This document shows, in pieces, positions 26,101 through 40,067 of a stretch of DNA of 64,000 nt. The stretch's first letter is position 1. Each line of letters opens with the position of its first letter. The translations under genes and the position numbers were made by a program. The notes below the pieces were generated by a model, which ran no database searches, was not told where the DNA came from, and saw only the letters and a list, made by a program, of their open reading frames with translations. The DNA comes from Eutreptiella sp. 'Long Island Sound 2002' (Eukaryota; Protista; Euglenida), in the NCBI GenBank assembly GCA_964036045.1, contig OZ038378.1, forward strand, positions 197,842,001 through 197,906,000. Direction: 5' to 3'.

Positions 26101-29100
26101 AGGAACGACTATATTAGATTTTCGTATATGAAAGACGGGTTCCATTGTGGTGTCCAAATGCAGTGCTGCCTCTTATGAATCACAGACCATGGGTGGTGGC
26201 TGTGCATTATTGATGACCCACAACACTTGCATTTCTGTTACACGTGGTGTTTCCTACACATTGATGCTGATTGTGATGTGGCATTTCTTTGCAAAAGTTG
26301 AATGTTTATTGTGTAGTATTTTACTCTGCTGTATTTGACTTTTTTGCATTCACCAGCTCATGCTCAGTAGATTGGAGTGTGGTTCACGCTTGATTTGCAG
26401 CTGGTTTGCGCTCTGCATGGTAGATGAGATATGTTTATGCTGTGTGCTTTGTGGCCTGGTGCTTTTGATGACCATTGGAGCGAAACTGACATGTAGGGAA
26501 TGCTGCAACTGTTCTATCTGTATGTGCAAGGAAGGTGATCGATCCTTTGTCTGACATCTGATGTCACATCACTGCTTGCTGAGCAACCAAGGAAAGACTA
26601 TATTAGAAGACGTATATGAAAGAGGAGTTCTATTATGGTGTCCAAATGCAGTGCTGCCTCTTATGAATCACAGACCATGGGTGGTGGCTGTGCATTATTG
26701 ATGACCCACAACACTTGCATTTCTGTTACACGTGGTGTTTCCTACACATTGATGCTGATTGTGATGTGGCATTTCTTTGCAAAAGTTGAATGTTTATTGT
26801 GTAGTATTTTACTCTGCTGTATTTGACTTTTTTGCATTCACCAGCTCATGCTCAGTAGATTGGAGTGTGGTTCACGCTTGATTTGCAGCTGGTTTGCGCT
26901 CTGCATGGTAGATGAGATATGTTTATGCTGTGTGCTTTGTGGCCTGGTGCTTTTGATGACCCCTGGAGAGAAACTGACATGTTGGGCAATGCTGCAACTG
27001 TTCTATCTGTATGTGCAAGGAAGGTGATCGATCCTTTGTCTGACATCTGATGTCACATCACTGCTTGCTGAGCAACCAAGGAAAGACTATATTAGAAGAC
27101 GTATATGAAAGAGGAGTTCTATTATGGTGTCCAAATGCAGTGCTGCCTCTTATGAATCACAGACCATGGGTGGTGGCTGTGCATTATTGATGACCCACAA
27201 CACTTGCATTTCTGTTACACGTGGTGTTTCCTACACATTGATGCTGATTGTGATGTGGCATTTCTTTGCAAAAGTTGAATGTTTATTGTGTAGTATTTTA
27301 CTCTGCTGTATTTGACTTTTTTGCATTCACCAGCTCATGCTCAGTAGATTGGAGTGTGGTTCACGCTTGATTTGCAGCTGGTTTGCGCTCTGCATGGTAG
27401 ATGAGATATGTTTATGCTGTGTGCTTTGTGGCCTGGTGCTTTTGATGACCATTGGAGCGAAACTGACATGTAGGGCAATGCTGCAACTGTTCTATCTGTA
27501 TGTGCAAGGAAGGTGATCGATCCTTTGTCTGACATCTGATGTCACATCACTGCTTGCTGAGCAACCAAGGAGAGATTTTGTTAGATTTTGGTGTATGAAA
27601 GACGGGTTCCATTATGGTGTCCAAATGCAGTGCCGCCTCTTATGAATCACAGACCATGGGTGGTGGCTGTGCATTATTGATGACCCACAACACTTGCATT
27701 TCTGTTACACGTGGTGTTTCCTACACATTGATGCTGATTGTGATGTGGCATTTCTTTGCAAAAGTTGAATGTTTATTGTGTAGTATTTTACTCTGCTGTA
27801 TTTGACTTTTTTGCATTCACCAGCTCATGCTCAGTAGATTGGAGTGTGGTTCACGCTTGATTTGCAGCTGGTTTGCGCTCTGCATGGTAGATGAGATATG
27901 TTTATGCTGTGTGCTTTGTGGCCTGGTGCTTTTGATGACCCCTGGAGAGAAACTGACATGTTGGGCAATGCTGCAACTGTTCTATCTGTATGTGCAAGGA
28001 AGGTGATCGATCCTTTGTCTGACATCTGATGTCACATCACTGCTTGCTGAGCAACCAAGGAAAGACTATATTAGAAGACGTATATGAAAGAGGAGTTCTA
28101 TTATGGTGTCCAAATGCAGTGCTGCCTCTTATGAATCACAGACCATGGGTGGTGGCTGTGCATTATTGATGACCCACAACACTTGCATTTCTGTTACACG
28201 TGGTGTTTCCTACACATTGATGCTGATTGTGATGTGGCATTTCTTTGCAAAAGTTGAATGTTTATTGTGTAGTATTTTACTCTGCTGTATTTGACTTTTT
28301 TGCATTCACCAGCTCATGCTCAGTAGATTGGAGTGTGGTTCACGCTTGATTTGCAGCTGGTTTGCGCTCTGCATGGTAGATGAGATATGTTTATGCTGTG
28401 TGCTTTGTGGCCTGGTGCTTTTGATGACCATTGGAGCGAAACTGACATGTAGGGAATGCTGCAACTGTTCTATCTGTATGTGCAAGGAAGGTGATCGATC
28501 CTTTGTCTGACATCTGATGTCACATCACTACTTGCTGAGCAACCAAGGAAAGACTATATTAGATTTTGGTATATGAAAGAGGGGTTCCATTATGGTGTCC
28601 AAATGCAGTGCCGCCTCTTATGAACCGCAGACCATGGGTGGTGGCTGTGCATTATTGATGACCCACAACACTTGCATTTCTGTTACACGTGGTGTTTCCT
28701 ACACATTGATGCTGATTGTGATGTGGCATTTCTTTGCAAAAGTTGAATGTTTATTGTGTAGTATTTTACTCTGCTGTATTTGACTTTTTTGCATTCACCA
28801 GCTCATGCTCAGTAGATTGGAGTGTGGTTCACGCTTGATTTGCAGCTGGTTTGCGCTCTGCATGGTAGATGAGATATGTTTATGCTGTGTGCTTTGTGGC
28901 CTGGTGCTTTTGATGACCCCTGGAGAGAAACTGACATGTTGGGCAATGCTGCAACTGTTCTATCTGTATGTGCAAGGAAGGTGATCGATCCTTTGTCTGA
29001 CATCTGATGTCACATCACTGCTTGCTGAGCAACCAAGGAACGACTATATTAGATTTTCGTATATGAAAGACGGGTTCCATTGTGGTGTCCAAATGCAGTG

Positions 29101-32100
29101 CTGCCTCTTATGAATCACAGACCATGGGTGGTGGCTGTGCATTATTGATGACCCACAACACTTGCATTTCTGTTACACGTGGTGTTTCCTACACATTGAT
29201 GCTGATTGTGATGTGGCATTTCTTTGCAAAAGTTGAATGTTTATTGTGTAGTATTTTACTCTGCTGTATTTGACTTTTTTGCATTCACCAGCTCATGCTC
29301 AGTAGATTGGAGTGTGGTTCACGCTTGATTTGCAGCTGGTTTGCGCTCTGCATGGTAGATGAGATATGTTTATGCTGTGTGCTTTGTGGCCTGGTGCTTT
29401 TGATGACCATTGGAGCGAAACTGACATGTAGGGAATGCTGCAACTGTTCTATCTGTATGTGCAAGGAAGGTGATCGATCCTTTGTCTGACATCTGATGTC
29501 ACATCACTACTTGCTGAGCAACCAAGGAAAGACTATATTAGATTTTGGTATATGAAAGAGGGGTTCCATTATGGTGTCCAAATGCAGTGCCGCCTCTTAT
29601 GAACCGCAGACCATGGGTGGTGGCTGTGCATTATTGATGACCCACAACACCTGCATTTCTGTTACACGTGGTGTTTCCTACACATTGATGCTGATTGTGA
29701 TGTGGCATTTCTTTGCAAAAGTTGAATGTTTATTGTGTAGTATTTTACTCTGCTGTATTTGACTTTTTTGCATTCACCAGCTCATGCTCAGTAGATTGGA
29801 GTGTGGTTCACGCTTGATTTGCAGCTGGTTTGCGCTCTGCATGGTAGATGAGATATGTTTATGCTGTGTGCTTTGTGGCCTGGTGCTTTTGATGACCCCT
29901 GGAGAGAAACTGACATGTTGGGCAATGCTGCAACTGTTCTATCTGTATGTGCAAGGAAGGTGATCGATCCTTTGTCTGACATCTGATGTCACATCACTGC
30001 TTGCTGAGCAACCAAGGAACGACTATATTAGATTTTCGTATATGAAAGACGGGTTCCATTGTGGTGTCCAAATGCAGTGCTGCCTCTTATGAATCACAGA
30101 CCATGGGTGGTGGCTGTGCATTATTGATGACCCACAACACTTGCATTTCTGTTACACGTGGTGTTTCCTACACATTGATGCTGATTGTGATGTGGCATTT
30201 CTTTGCAAAAGTTGAATGTTTATTGTGTAGTATTTTACTCTACTGTATTTGACTTTTTTGCATTCACCAGCTCATGCTCAGTAGATTGGAGTGTGGTTCA
30301 CGCTTGATTTGCAGCTGGTTTGCGCTCTGCATGGTAGATGAGATATGTTTATGCTGTGTGCTTTGTGGCCTGGTGCTTTTGATGACCATTGGAGCGAAAC
30401 TGACATGTTGGGCAATGCTGCAACTGTTCTATCTGTATGTGCAAGGAAGGTGATCGATCCTTTGTCTGACATCTGATGTCACATCACTACTTGCTGAGCA
30501 ACCAAGGAAAGACTATATTAGATTTTGGTATATGAAAGAGGGGTTCCATTATGGTGTCCAAATGCAGTGCCGCCTCTTATGAATCACAGACCATGGGTGG
30601 TGGCTGTGCATTATTGATGACCCACAACACTTGCATTTCTGTTACACGTGGTGTTTCCTACACATTGATGCTGATTGTGATGTGGCATTTCTTTGCAAAA
30701 GTTGAATGTTTATTGTGTAGTATTTTACTCTGCTGTATTTGACTTTTTTGCATTCACCAGCTCATGCTCAGTAGATTGGAGTGTGGTTCACGCTTGATTT
30801 GCAGCTGGTTTGCGCTCTGCATGGTAGATGAGATATGTTTATGCTGTGTGCTTTGTGGCCTGGTGCTTTTGATGACCATTGGAGCGAAACTGACATGTAG
30901 GGCAATGCTGCAACTGTTCTATCTGTATGTGCAAGGAAGGTGATCGATCCTTTGTCTGACATCTGATGTCACATCACTACTTGCTGAGCAACCAAGGAGA
31001 GACTATATTAGATTTTGGCACATCAAAGAGGAGTTCCATTATGGTGTCCAAATGCAGTGCCGCCTCTTATGAGTCACAGACCATGGGTGGTGGCTGTGCA
31101 TTATTGATGACCCACAACACTTGCGTTTCTGTTACACGTGGTGTTTCCTACACATTGATGCTGATTGTGATGTGGCATTTCTTTGCAAAAGTTGAATGTT
31201 TATTGTGTAGTATTTTACTCTGCTGTATTTGACTTTTTTGCATTCACCAGCTCATGCTCAGTAGATTGGAGTGTGGTTCACGCTTGATTTGCAGCTGGTT
31301 TGCGCTCTGCATGGTAGATGAGATATGTTTATGCTGTGTGCTTTGTGGCCTGGTGCTTTTGATGACCATTGGAGCGAAACTGACATGTAGGGCAATGCTG
31401 CAACTGTTCTATCTGTATGTGCAAGGAAGGTGATCGATCCTTTGTCTGACATCTGATGTCACATCACTACTTGCTGAGCAACCAAGGAGAGACTATGTTA
31501 GATTGTGGCACCTCAAAGAGGGGTTCCATTATGGTGTCCAAATGCAGTGCCGCCTCTCATGAATCACAGACCATGGGTGGTGGCTGTGCATTATTGATGA
31601 CCCACAACACTTGCATTTCTGTTACACGTGGTGTTTCCTACACATTGATGCTGATTGTGATGTGGCATTTCTTTGCAAAAGTTGAATGTTTATTGTGTAG
31701 TATTTTACTCTGCTGTATTTGAACTTTTTTGCATTCACCAGCTCATGCTCAGTAGATTGGAGTGTGGTTCACGCTTGATTTGCAGCTGGTTTGCGCTCTG
31801 CATGGTAGATGAGATATGTTTATGCTGTGTGCTTTGTGGCCTGGTGCTTTTGATGACCATTGGAGCGAAACTGACATGTTGGGCAATGCTGCAACTGTTC
31901 TATCTGTATGTGCAAGGAAGGTGATCGATCCTTTGTCTGACATCTGATGTCACATCACTACTTGCTGAGCAACCAAGGAGAGACTATATTAGATTGTGGC
32001 ACATCAAAGAGGAGTTCCATTATGGTGTCCAAATGCAGTGCCGCCTCTTATGAATCACAGACCATGGGTGGTGGCTGTGCATTATTGATGACCCACAACA

Positions 32101-35100
32101 CTTGCATTTCTGTTACACGTGGTGTTTCCTACACATTGATGCTGATTGTGATGTGGCATTTCTTTGCAAAAGTTGAATGTTTATTGTGTAGTATTTTACT
32201 CTGCTGTATTTGACTTTTTTGCATTCACCAGCTCATGCTCAGTAGATTGGAGTGTGGTTCACGCTTGATTTGCAGCTGGTTTGCGCTCTGCATGGTAGAT
32301 GAGATATGTTTATGCTGTGTGCTTTGTGGCCTGGTGCTTTTGATGACCATTGGAGCGAAACTGACATGTAGGGCAATGCCGCAACTGTTCTATCTGTATG
32401 TGCAAGGAAGGTGATCGATCCTTTGTCTGACATCTGATGTCACATCACTACTTGCTGAGCAACCAAAGAGAGAGTTTGTTAGATTTTGGTGTATGAAAGA
32501 GGAGTTCCATTATGGTGTCCAAATGCAGTGCCGCCTCTTATGAACCGCAGACCATGGGTGGTGGCTGTGCATTATTGATGACCCACAACACTTGCATTTC
32601 TGTTACACGTGGTGTTTCCTACACATTGATGCTGATTGTGATGTGGCATTTCTTTGCAAAAGTTGAATGTTTATTGTGTAGTATTTTACTCTGCTGTATT
32701 TGACTTTTTTGCATTCACCAGCTCATGCTCAGTAGATTGGAGTGTGGTTCACGCTTGATTTGCAGCTGGTTTGCGCTCTGCATGGTAGATGAGATATGTT
32801 TATGCTGTGTGCTTTGTGGCCTGGTGCTTTTGATGATCCCTGGAGCGAAACTGACATGTAGGGCAATGCTGCAACTGTTCTATCTGTATGTGCAAGGAAG
32901 GTGATCGATCCTTTGTCTGACATCTGATGTCACATCACTGCTTGCTGAGCAACCAAGGAGAGACTATATTAGATTGTGGCACATCAAAGAGGAGTTCTAT
33001 TATGGTGTCCAAATGCAGTGCCGCCTCTTATGAATCACAGACCATGGGTGGTGGCTGTGCATTATTGATGACCCACAACACTTGCATTTCTGTTACACGT
33101 GGTGCTTCCTACACATTGATGCTGATTGTGATGTGGCATTTCTTTGCAAAAGTTGAATGTTTATTGTGTAGTATTTTACTCTGCTGTATTTGACTTTTTT
33201 GCATTCACCAGCTCATGCTCAGTAGATTGGAGTGTGGTTCACGCTTGATTTGCAGCTGGTTTGCGCTCTGCATGGTAGATGAGATATGCTGTGTGCTTTG
33301 TGGCCTGGTGCTTTTGATGACCATTGGAGCGAAACTGACATGTTGGGCAATGCTGCAACTGTTCTATCTGTATGTGCAAGGAAGGTGATCGATCCTTTGT
33401 CTGACATCTGATGTCACATCACTACTTGCTGAGCAACCAAGCAGAGACTATATTAGATTTTGGTATATGAAAGAGGGGTTCCATTATGGTGTCCAAATGC
33501 AGTGCCGCCTCTTATGAATCACAGACCATGGGTGGTGGCTGTGCATTATTGATGACCCACAACACTTGCATTTCTGTTACACGTGGTGTTTCCTACACAT
33601 TGATGCTGATTGTGATGTGGCAGTTCTTTGCAAAAGTTGAATGTTTATTGTGTAGTATTTTACTCTGCTGTATTTGACTTTTTTGCATTCACCAGCTCAT
33701 GCTCAGTAGATTGGAGTGTGGTTCACGCTTGATTTGCAGCTGGTTTGCGCTCTGCATGGTAGATGAGATATGCTGATGCTGTGTGCTTTGTGGCCTGGTG
33801 CTTTTGATGACCATTGGAGCGAAACTGACATGTAGGGCAATGCTGCAACTGTTCTATCTGTATGTGCAAGGATGGTGATCGATCCTTTGTCTGACATCTG
33901 ATGTCACATCACTGCTTGCTGAGCAACCAAGGAGAGACTATATTAGATTGTGGCACATCAAAGAGGAGTTCTATTATGGTGTCCAAATGCAGTGCCGCCT
34001 CTTATGAATCACAGACCATGGGTGGTGGCTGTGCATTATTGATGACCCACAACACTTGCATTTCTGTTACACGTGGTGTTTCCTACACATTGATGCTGAT
34101 TGTGATGTGGCAGTTCTTTGCAAAAGTTGAATGTTTATTGTGTAGTATTTTACTCTGCTGTATTTGACTTTTTTGCATTCACCAGCTCATGCTCAGTAGA
34201 TTGGAGTGTGGTTCACGCTTGATTTGCAGCTGGTTTGCGCTCTGCATGGTAGATGAGATATGTTTATGCTGTGTGCTTTGTGGCCTGGTGCTTTTGATGA
34301 CCATTGGAGCGAAACTGACATGTAGGGCAATGCTGCAACTGTTCTATCTGTATGTGCAAGGATGGTGATCGATCCTTTGTCTGACATCTGATGTCACATC
34401 ACTGCTTGCTGAGCAACCAAGGAGAGACTATATTAGATTGTGGCACATCAAAGAGGAGTTCTATTATGGTGTCCAAATGCAGTGCCGCCTCTTATGAATC
34501 ACAGACCATGGGTGGTGGCTGTGCATTATTGATGACCCACAACACTTGCATTTCTGTTACACGTGGTGTTTCCTACACATTGATGCTGATTGTGATGTGG
34601 CATTTCTTTGCAAAAGTTGAATGTTTATTGTGTAGTATTTTACTCTGCTGTATTTGACTTTTTTGCATTCACCAGCTCATGCTCAGTAGATTGGAGTGTG
34701 GTTCACGCTTGATTTGCAGCTGGTTTGCGCTCTGCATGGTAGATGAGATATGTTTATGCTGTGTGCTTTGTGGCCTGGTGCTTTTGATGACCATTGGAGC
34801 GAAACTGACATGTTGGGCAATGCTGCAACTGTTCTATCTGTATGTGCAAGGAAGGTGATCGATCCTTTGTCTGACATCTGATGTCACATCACTGCTTGCT
34901 GAGCAACCAAGGAAAGACTATATTAGATTTTCGTATATGAATGACGGGTTCCATTGTGGTGTCCAAATGCAGTGCCGCCTCTTGTGAACCGCAGACCATG
35001 GGTGGTGGCTGTGCATTATTGATGACCCACAACACTTGCATTTCTGTTACACGTGGTGTTTCCTACACATTGATGCTGATTGTGATGTGGCATTTCTTTG

Positions 35101-38100
35101 CAAAAGTTGAATGTTTATTGTGTAGTATTTTACTCTGCTGTATTTGACTTTTTTGCATTCACCAGCTCATGCTCAGTAGATTGGAGTGTGGTTCACGCTT
35201 GATTTGCAGCTGGTTTGCGCTCTGCATGGTAGATGAGATATGTTTATGCTGTGTGCTTTGTGGCCTGGTGCTTTTGATGACCATTGGAGCGAAACTGACA
35301 TGTTGGGCAATGCTGCAACTGTTCTATCTGTATGTGCAAGGAAGGTGATCGATCCTTTGTCTGACATCTGATGTCACATCACTACTTGCTGAGCAACCAA
35401 GGAGAGACTATATTAGATTGTGGCACATCAAAGAGGGGTTCCATTATGGTGTCCAAATGCAGTGCCGCCTCTTATGAATCACAGACCATGGGTGGTGGCT
35501 GTGCATTATTGATGACCCACAACACTTGCATTTCTGTTACACGTGGTGTTTCCTACACATTGATGCTGATTGTGATGTGGCAGTTCTTTGCAAAAGTTGA
35601 ATGTTTATTGTGTAGTATTTTACTCTGCTGTATTTGACTTTTTTGCATTCACCAGCTCATGCTCAGTAGATTGGAGTGTGGTTCACGCTTGATTTGCAGC
35701 TGGTTTGCACTCTGCATGGTAGATGAGATATGTTTATGCTGTGTGCTTTGTGGCCTGGTGCTTTTGATGACCATTGGAGCGAAACTGACATGTTGGGCAA
35801 TGCTGCAACTGTTCTATCTGTATGTGCAAGGAAGGTGATCGATCCTTTGTCTGACATCTGATGTCACATCACTGCTTGCTGAGCAACCAAGGAAAGACTA
35901 TATTAGATTTTCGTATATGAATGAAGGGTTCCATTGTGGTGTCCAAATGCAGTGCCGCCTCTTGTGAACCGCAGACCATGGGTGGTGGCTGTGCATTATT
36001 GATGACCCACAACACTTGCATTTCTTTCACACGTGGTGTTTCCTACACATTGATGCTGATTGTGATGTGGCATTTCTTTGCAAAAGTTGAATGTTTATTG
36101 TGTAGTATTTTACTCTGCTGTATTTGACTTTTTTGCATTCACCAGCTCATGCTCAGTAGATTGGAGTGTGGTTCACGCTTGATTTGCAGCTGGTTTGCGC
36201 TCTGCATGGTAGATGAGATATGTTTATGCTGTGTGCTTTGTGGCCTGGTGCTTTTGATGACCATTGGAGCGAAACTGACATGTAGGGCAATGCTGCAACT
36301 GTTCTATCTGTATGTGCAAGGAAGGTGATCGATCCTTTGTCTGACATCTGATGTCACATCACTGCTTGCTGAGCAACCAAGGAGAGACTCCGTTAGATTT
36401 TGGTACATCAAAGAGGGGTTCCATTATGGTGTCCAAATGCAGTGCCGCCTCTTATGAATCACAGACCATGGGTGGTGGCTGTGCATTATTGATGACCCAC
36501 AACACTTGCATTTCTGTTACACGTGGTGTTTCCTACACATTGATGCTGATTGTGATGTGGCATTTCTTTGCAAAAGTTGAATGTTTATTGTGTAGTATTT
36601 TACTCTGCTGTATTTGACTTTTTTGCATTCACCAGCTCATGCTCAGTAGATTGGAGTGTGGTTCACGCTTGATTTGCAGCTGGTTTGCGCTCTGCATGGT
36701 AGATGAGATATGTTTATGCTGTGTGCTTTGTGGCCTGGTGCTTTTGATGACCATTGGAGCGAAACTGACATGTAGGGCAATGCTGCAACTGTTCTATCTG
36801 TATGTGCAAGGAAGGTGATCGATCCTTTGTCTGACATCTGATGTCACATCACTGCTTGCTGAGCAACCAAGGAGAGACTCCGTTAGATTGTGGCACATCA
36901 AAGAGGAGTTCTATTATGGTGTCCAAATGCAGTGCCGCCTCTTATGAATCACAGACCATGGGTGGTGGCTGTGCATTATTGATGACCCACAACACTTGCA
37001 TTTCTGTTACACGTGGTGTTTCCTACACATTGATGCTGATTGTGATGTGGCATTTCTTTGCAAAAGTTGAATGTTTATTGTGTAGTATTTTACTCTGCTG
37101 TATTTGACTTTTTTGCATTCACCAGCTCATGCTCAGTAGATTGGAGTGTGGTTCACGCTTGATTTGCAGCTGGTTTGCGCTCTGCATGGTAGATGAGATA
37201 TGTTTATGCTGTGTGCTTTGTGGCCTGGTGCTTTTGATGACCATTGGAGCGAAACTGACATGTTGGGCAATGCTGCAACTGTTCTATCTGTATGTGCAAG
37301 GAAGGTGATCGATCCTTTGTCTGACATCTGATGTCACATCACTGCTTGCTGAGCAACCAAGGAAAGACTATATTAGATTTTCGTATATGAATGACGGGTT
37401 CCATTGTGGTGTCCAAATGCAGTGCCGCCTCTTGTGAACCGCAGACCATGGGTGGTGGCTGTGCATTATTGATGACCCACAACACTTGCATTTCTGTTAC
37501 ACGTGGTGTTTCCTACACATTGATGCTGATTGTGATGTGGCATTTCTTTGCAAAAGTTGAATGTTTATTGTGTAGTATTTTACTCTGCTGTATTTGACTT
37601 TTTTGCATTCACCAGCTCATGCTCAGTAGATTGGAGTGTGGTTCACGCTTGATTTGCAGCTGGTTTGCGCTCTGCATGGTAGATGAGATATGTTTATGCT
37701 GTGTGCTTTGTGGCCTGGTGCTTTTGATGACCATTGGAGCGAAACTGACATGTAGGGCAATGCTGCAACTGTTCTATCTGTATGTGCAAGGAAGGTGATC
37801 GATCCTTTGTCTGACATCTGATGTCACATCACTGCTTGCTGAGCAACCAAGGAAAGACTATATTAGATTTTCGTATATGAATGACGGGTTCCATTGTGGT
37901 GTCCAAATGCAGTGCCGCCTCTTGTGAACCGCAGACCATGGGTGGTGGCTGTGCATTATTGATGACCCACAACACTTGCATTTCTGTTACACGTGGTGTT
38001 TCCTACACATTGATGCTGATTGTGATGTGGCATTTCTTTGCAAAAGTTGAATGTTTATTGTGTAGTATTTTACTCTGCTGTATTTGACTTTTTTGCATTC

Positions 38101-39160
38101 ACCAGCTCATGCTCAGTAGATTGGAGTGTGGTTCACGCTTGATTTGCAGCTGGTTTGCGCTCTGCATGGTAGATGAGATATGTTTATGCTGTGTGCTTTG
38201 TGGCCTGGTGCTTTTGATGACCATTGGAGCGAAACTGACATGTTGGGCAGTGCTGCAACTGTTCTATCTGTATGTGCAAGGAAGGTGATGGATCCTTTGT
38301 CTGACATCTGATGTCACATCACTGCTTGCTGAGCAACCAAGGAAAGACTATATTAGATTTTCGTATATGAATGACGGGTTCCATTGTGGTGTCCAAATGC
38401 AGTGCCGCCTCTTGTGAACCGCAGACCATGGGTGGTGGCTGTGCATTATTGATGACCCACAACACTTGCATTTCTGTTACACGTGGTGTTTCCTACACAT
38501 TGATGCTGATTGTGATGTGGCATTTCTTTGCAAAAGTTGAACGTTTATTGTGTAGTATTCTACTCTGCTTTATTTGACTTTTTTGCATTCACCAGCTCAT
38601 GCTCAGTAGATTGGAGTGTGGTTCACGCTTGATTTGCAGCTGGTTTGCGCTCTGCATGGTAGATGAGATATGTTTATGCTGTGTGCTTTGTGGCCTGGTG
38701 CTTTTGATGACCATTGGAGCGAAACTGACATGTAGGGCAATGCTGCAACTGTTCTATCTGTATGTGCAAGGAAGGTGATCGATCCTTTGTCTGACATCTG
38801 ATGTCACATCACTGCTTGCTGAGCAACCAAGGAGAGACCCCGTTAGATTGTGGCACATCAAAGAGGAGTTCTATTATGGTGTCCAAATGCAGTGCCGCCT
38901 CTTATGAATCACAGACCATGGGTGGTGGCTGTGCATTATTGATGACCCACAACACTTGCATTTCTGTTACACGTGGTGTTTCCTACACATTGATGCTGAT
39001 TGTGATGTGGCATTTCTTTGCAAAAGTTGAATGTTTATTGTGTAGTATTTTACTCTGCTGTATTTGACTTTTTTGCATTCACCAGCTCATGCTCAGTAGA
39101 TTGGAGTGTGGTTCACGCTTGATTTGCAGCTGGTTTGCGCTCTGCATGGTAGATGAGATA

Positions 39161-40067
39161 TCTCTCGGGGACATCCGGTTTCATGCCAACACGGAGCGTT
39201 TTCAGGGGTTGGTGCCTTTGTGGCCTCATTTGTGCCCGCTGAGTGTCCGGTTTGGGGGGGTATGTGGGTCATATTCGGAAAGCCCTTGAAAAGGGCTATT
39301 CGGAACACCCCAGGTTTGCATGCTGTGCTAACGACATGTTTGAGATTTTTGTCCGCTTTGGACGGTGCCTGTGTTGCCCGCTGCCTATTTTTGTTAACAG
39401 GCAGCCACCATGTCGTCATACAAATTCACACAACGTGCTGTGTTGATTCGGGACCACAAAATCAAGTGGTTGGATTTTGGCACCACCCCTGATGAGGGCA
39501 GCCTTTCCCATCACCCTGGTTTTACCTGGATGAAAGCAGGGTACAGCGAGTCCATTGAGTGGCGCAAGGTGAGGCTGACCAAGCAACGGAATGTTGACCT
39601 CACAACAGATGGTCTCTGGGCAATGCCTCTGAATTCAGGGTGGGTACCGGTAAAGAGCCGCAGGTTGCAGGATTGGCAAAAGCTGAAAAAATATGTTCCT
39701 AACAATAAGCATGGTGATGTCTGCCCAAATGGGGTCCCAGCCCTGCCTGAAAAAGACAGCGCAAATGACGATTCGGAATAAGCAAGTGTGAAACATTCAG
39801 TGCATGTTTGCGTGCCGACTTTGCAGCAACCTGGGGTCGAAAATCGTGCAAACAACGAAAAGTTTGGCCTCGATGCTCAAAAATATCGTCAGCTACCCCC
39901 CCCTAACCCATGCATTTCTGAAATGGCCTTTTCTCACAGATTTCAAAAAGTACACACATACGCCCCCCTACGGAATGAAATTTTGGTGCTCTGGACGAAA
40001 AATGGTGAAAACCCTGAAAATACACGAATTTGCTCCGCGTTGGCATATTATGAATGTCCCCGAGAGA
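39161..40067 (+). mobile_element. Non-autonomous TIR DNA transposon (907 bp) inserted into one array unit; Sola1-like or Tc1/mariner-like
   Basis: Perfect 14-bp TIR tctctcggggacat (39161-39174) / atgtccccgagaga (40054-40067). The empty site gatgagatatgctg is seen in sister units, so the TSD is TA, or ATAT with the element at 39162-40066. Internal ORF remnant 39410-39781 (IKWLDF...WRKV...PVKSRRLQDWQKLKKYVP) looks like a transposase C-terminus. Confidence 0.9.

Noticed and set aside
33281-33295. The 6-bp length polymorphism as a transposon excision footprint
   Set aside because: The extra bases in the long allele (gtttat) do not match the element ends (tctc/gaga), and the long form is the majority, likely ancestral, state. 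A deletion between tat microhomologies is simpler.
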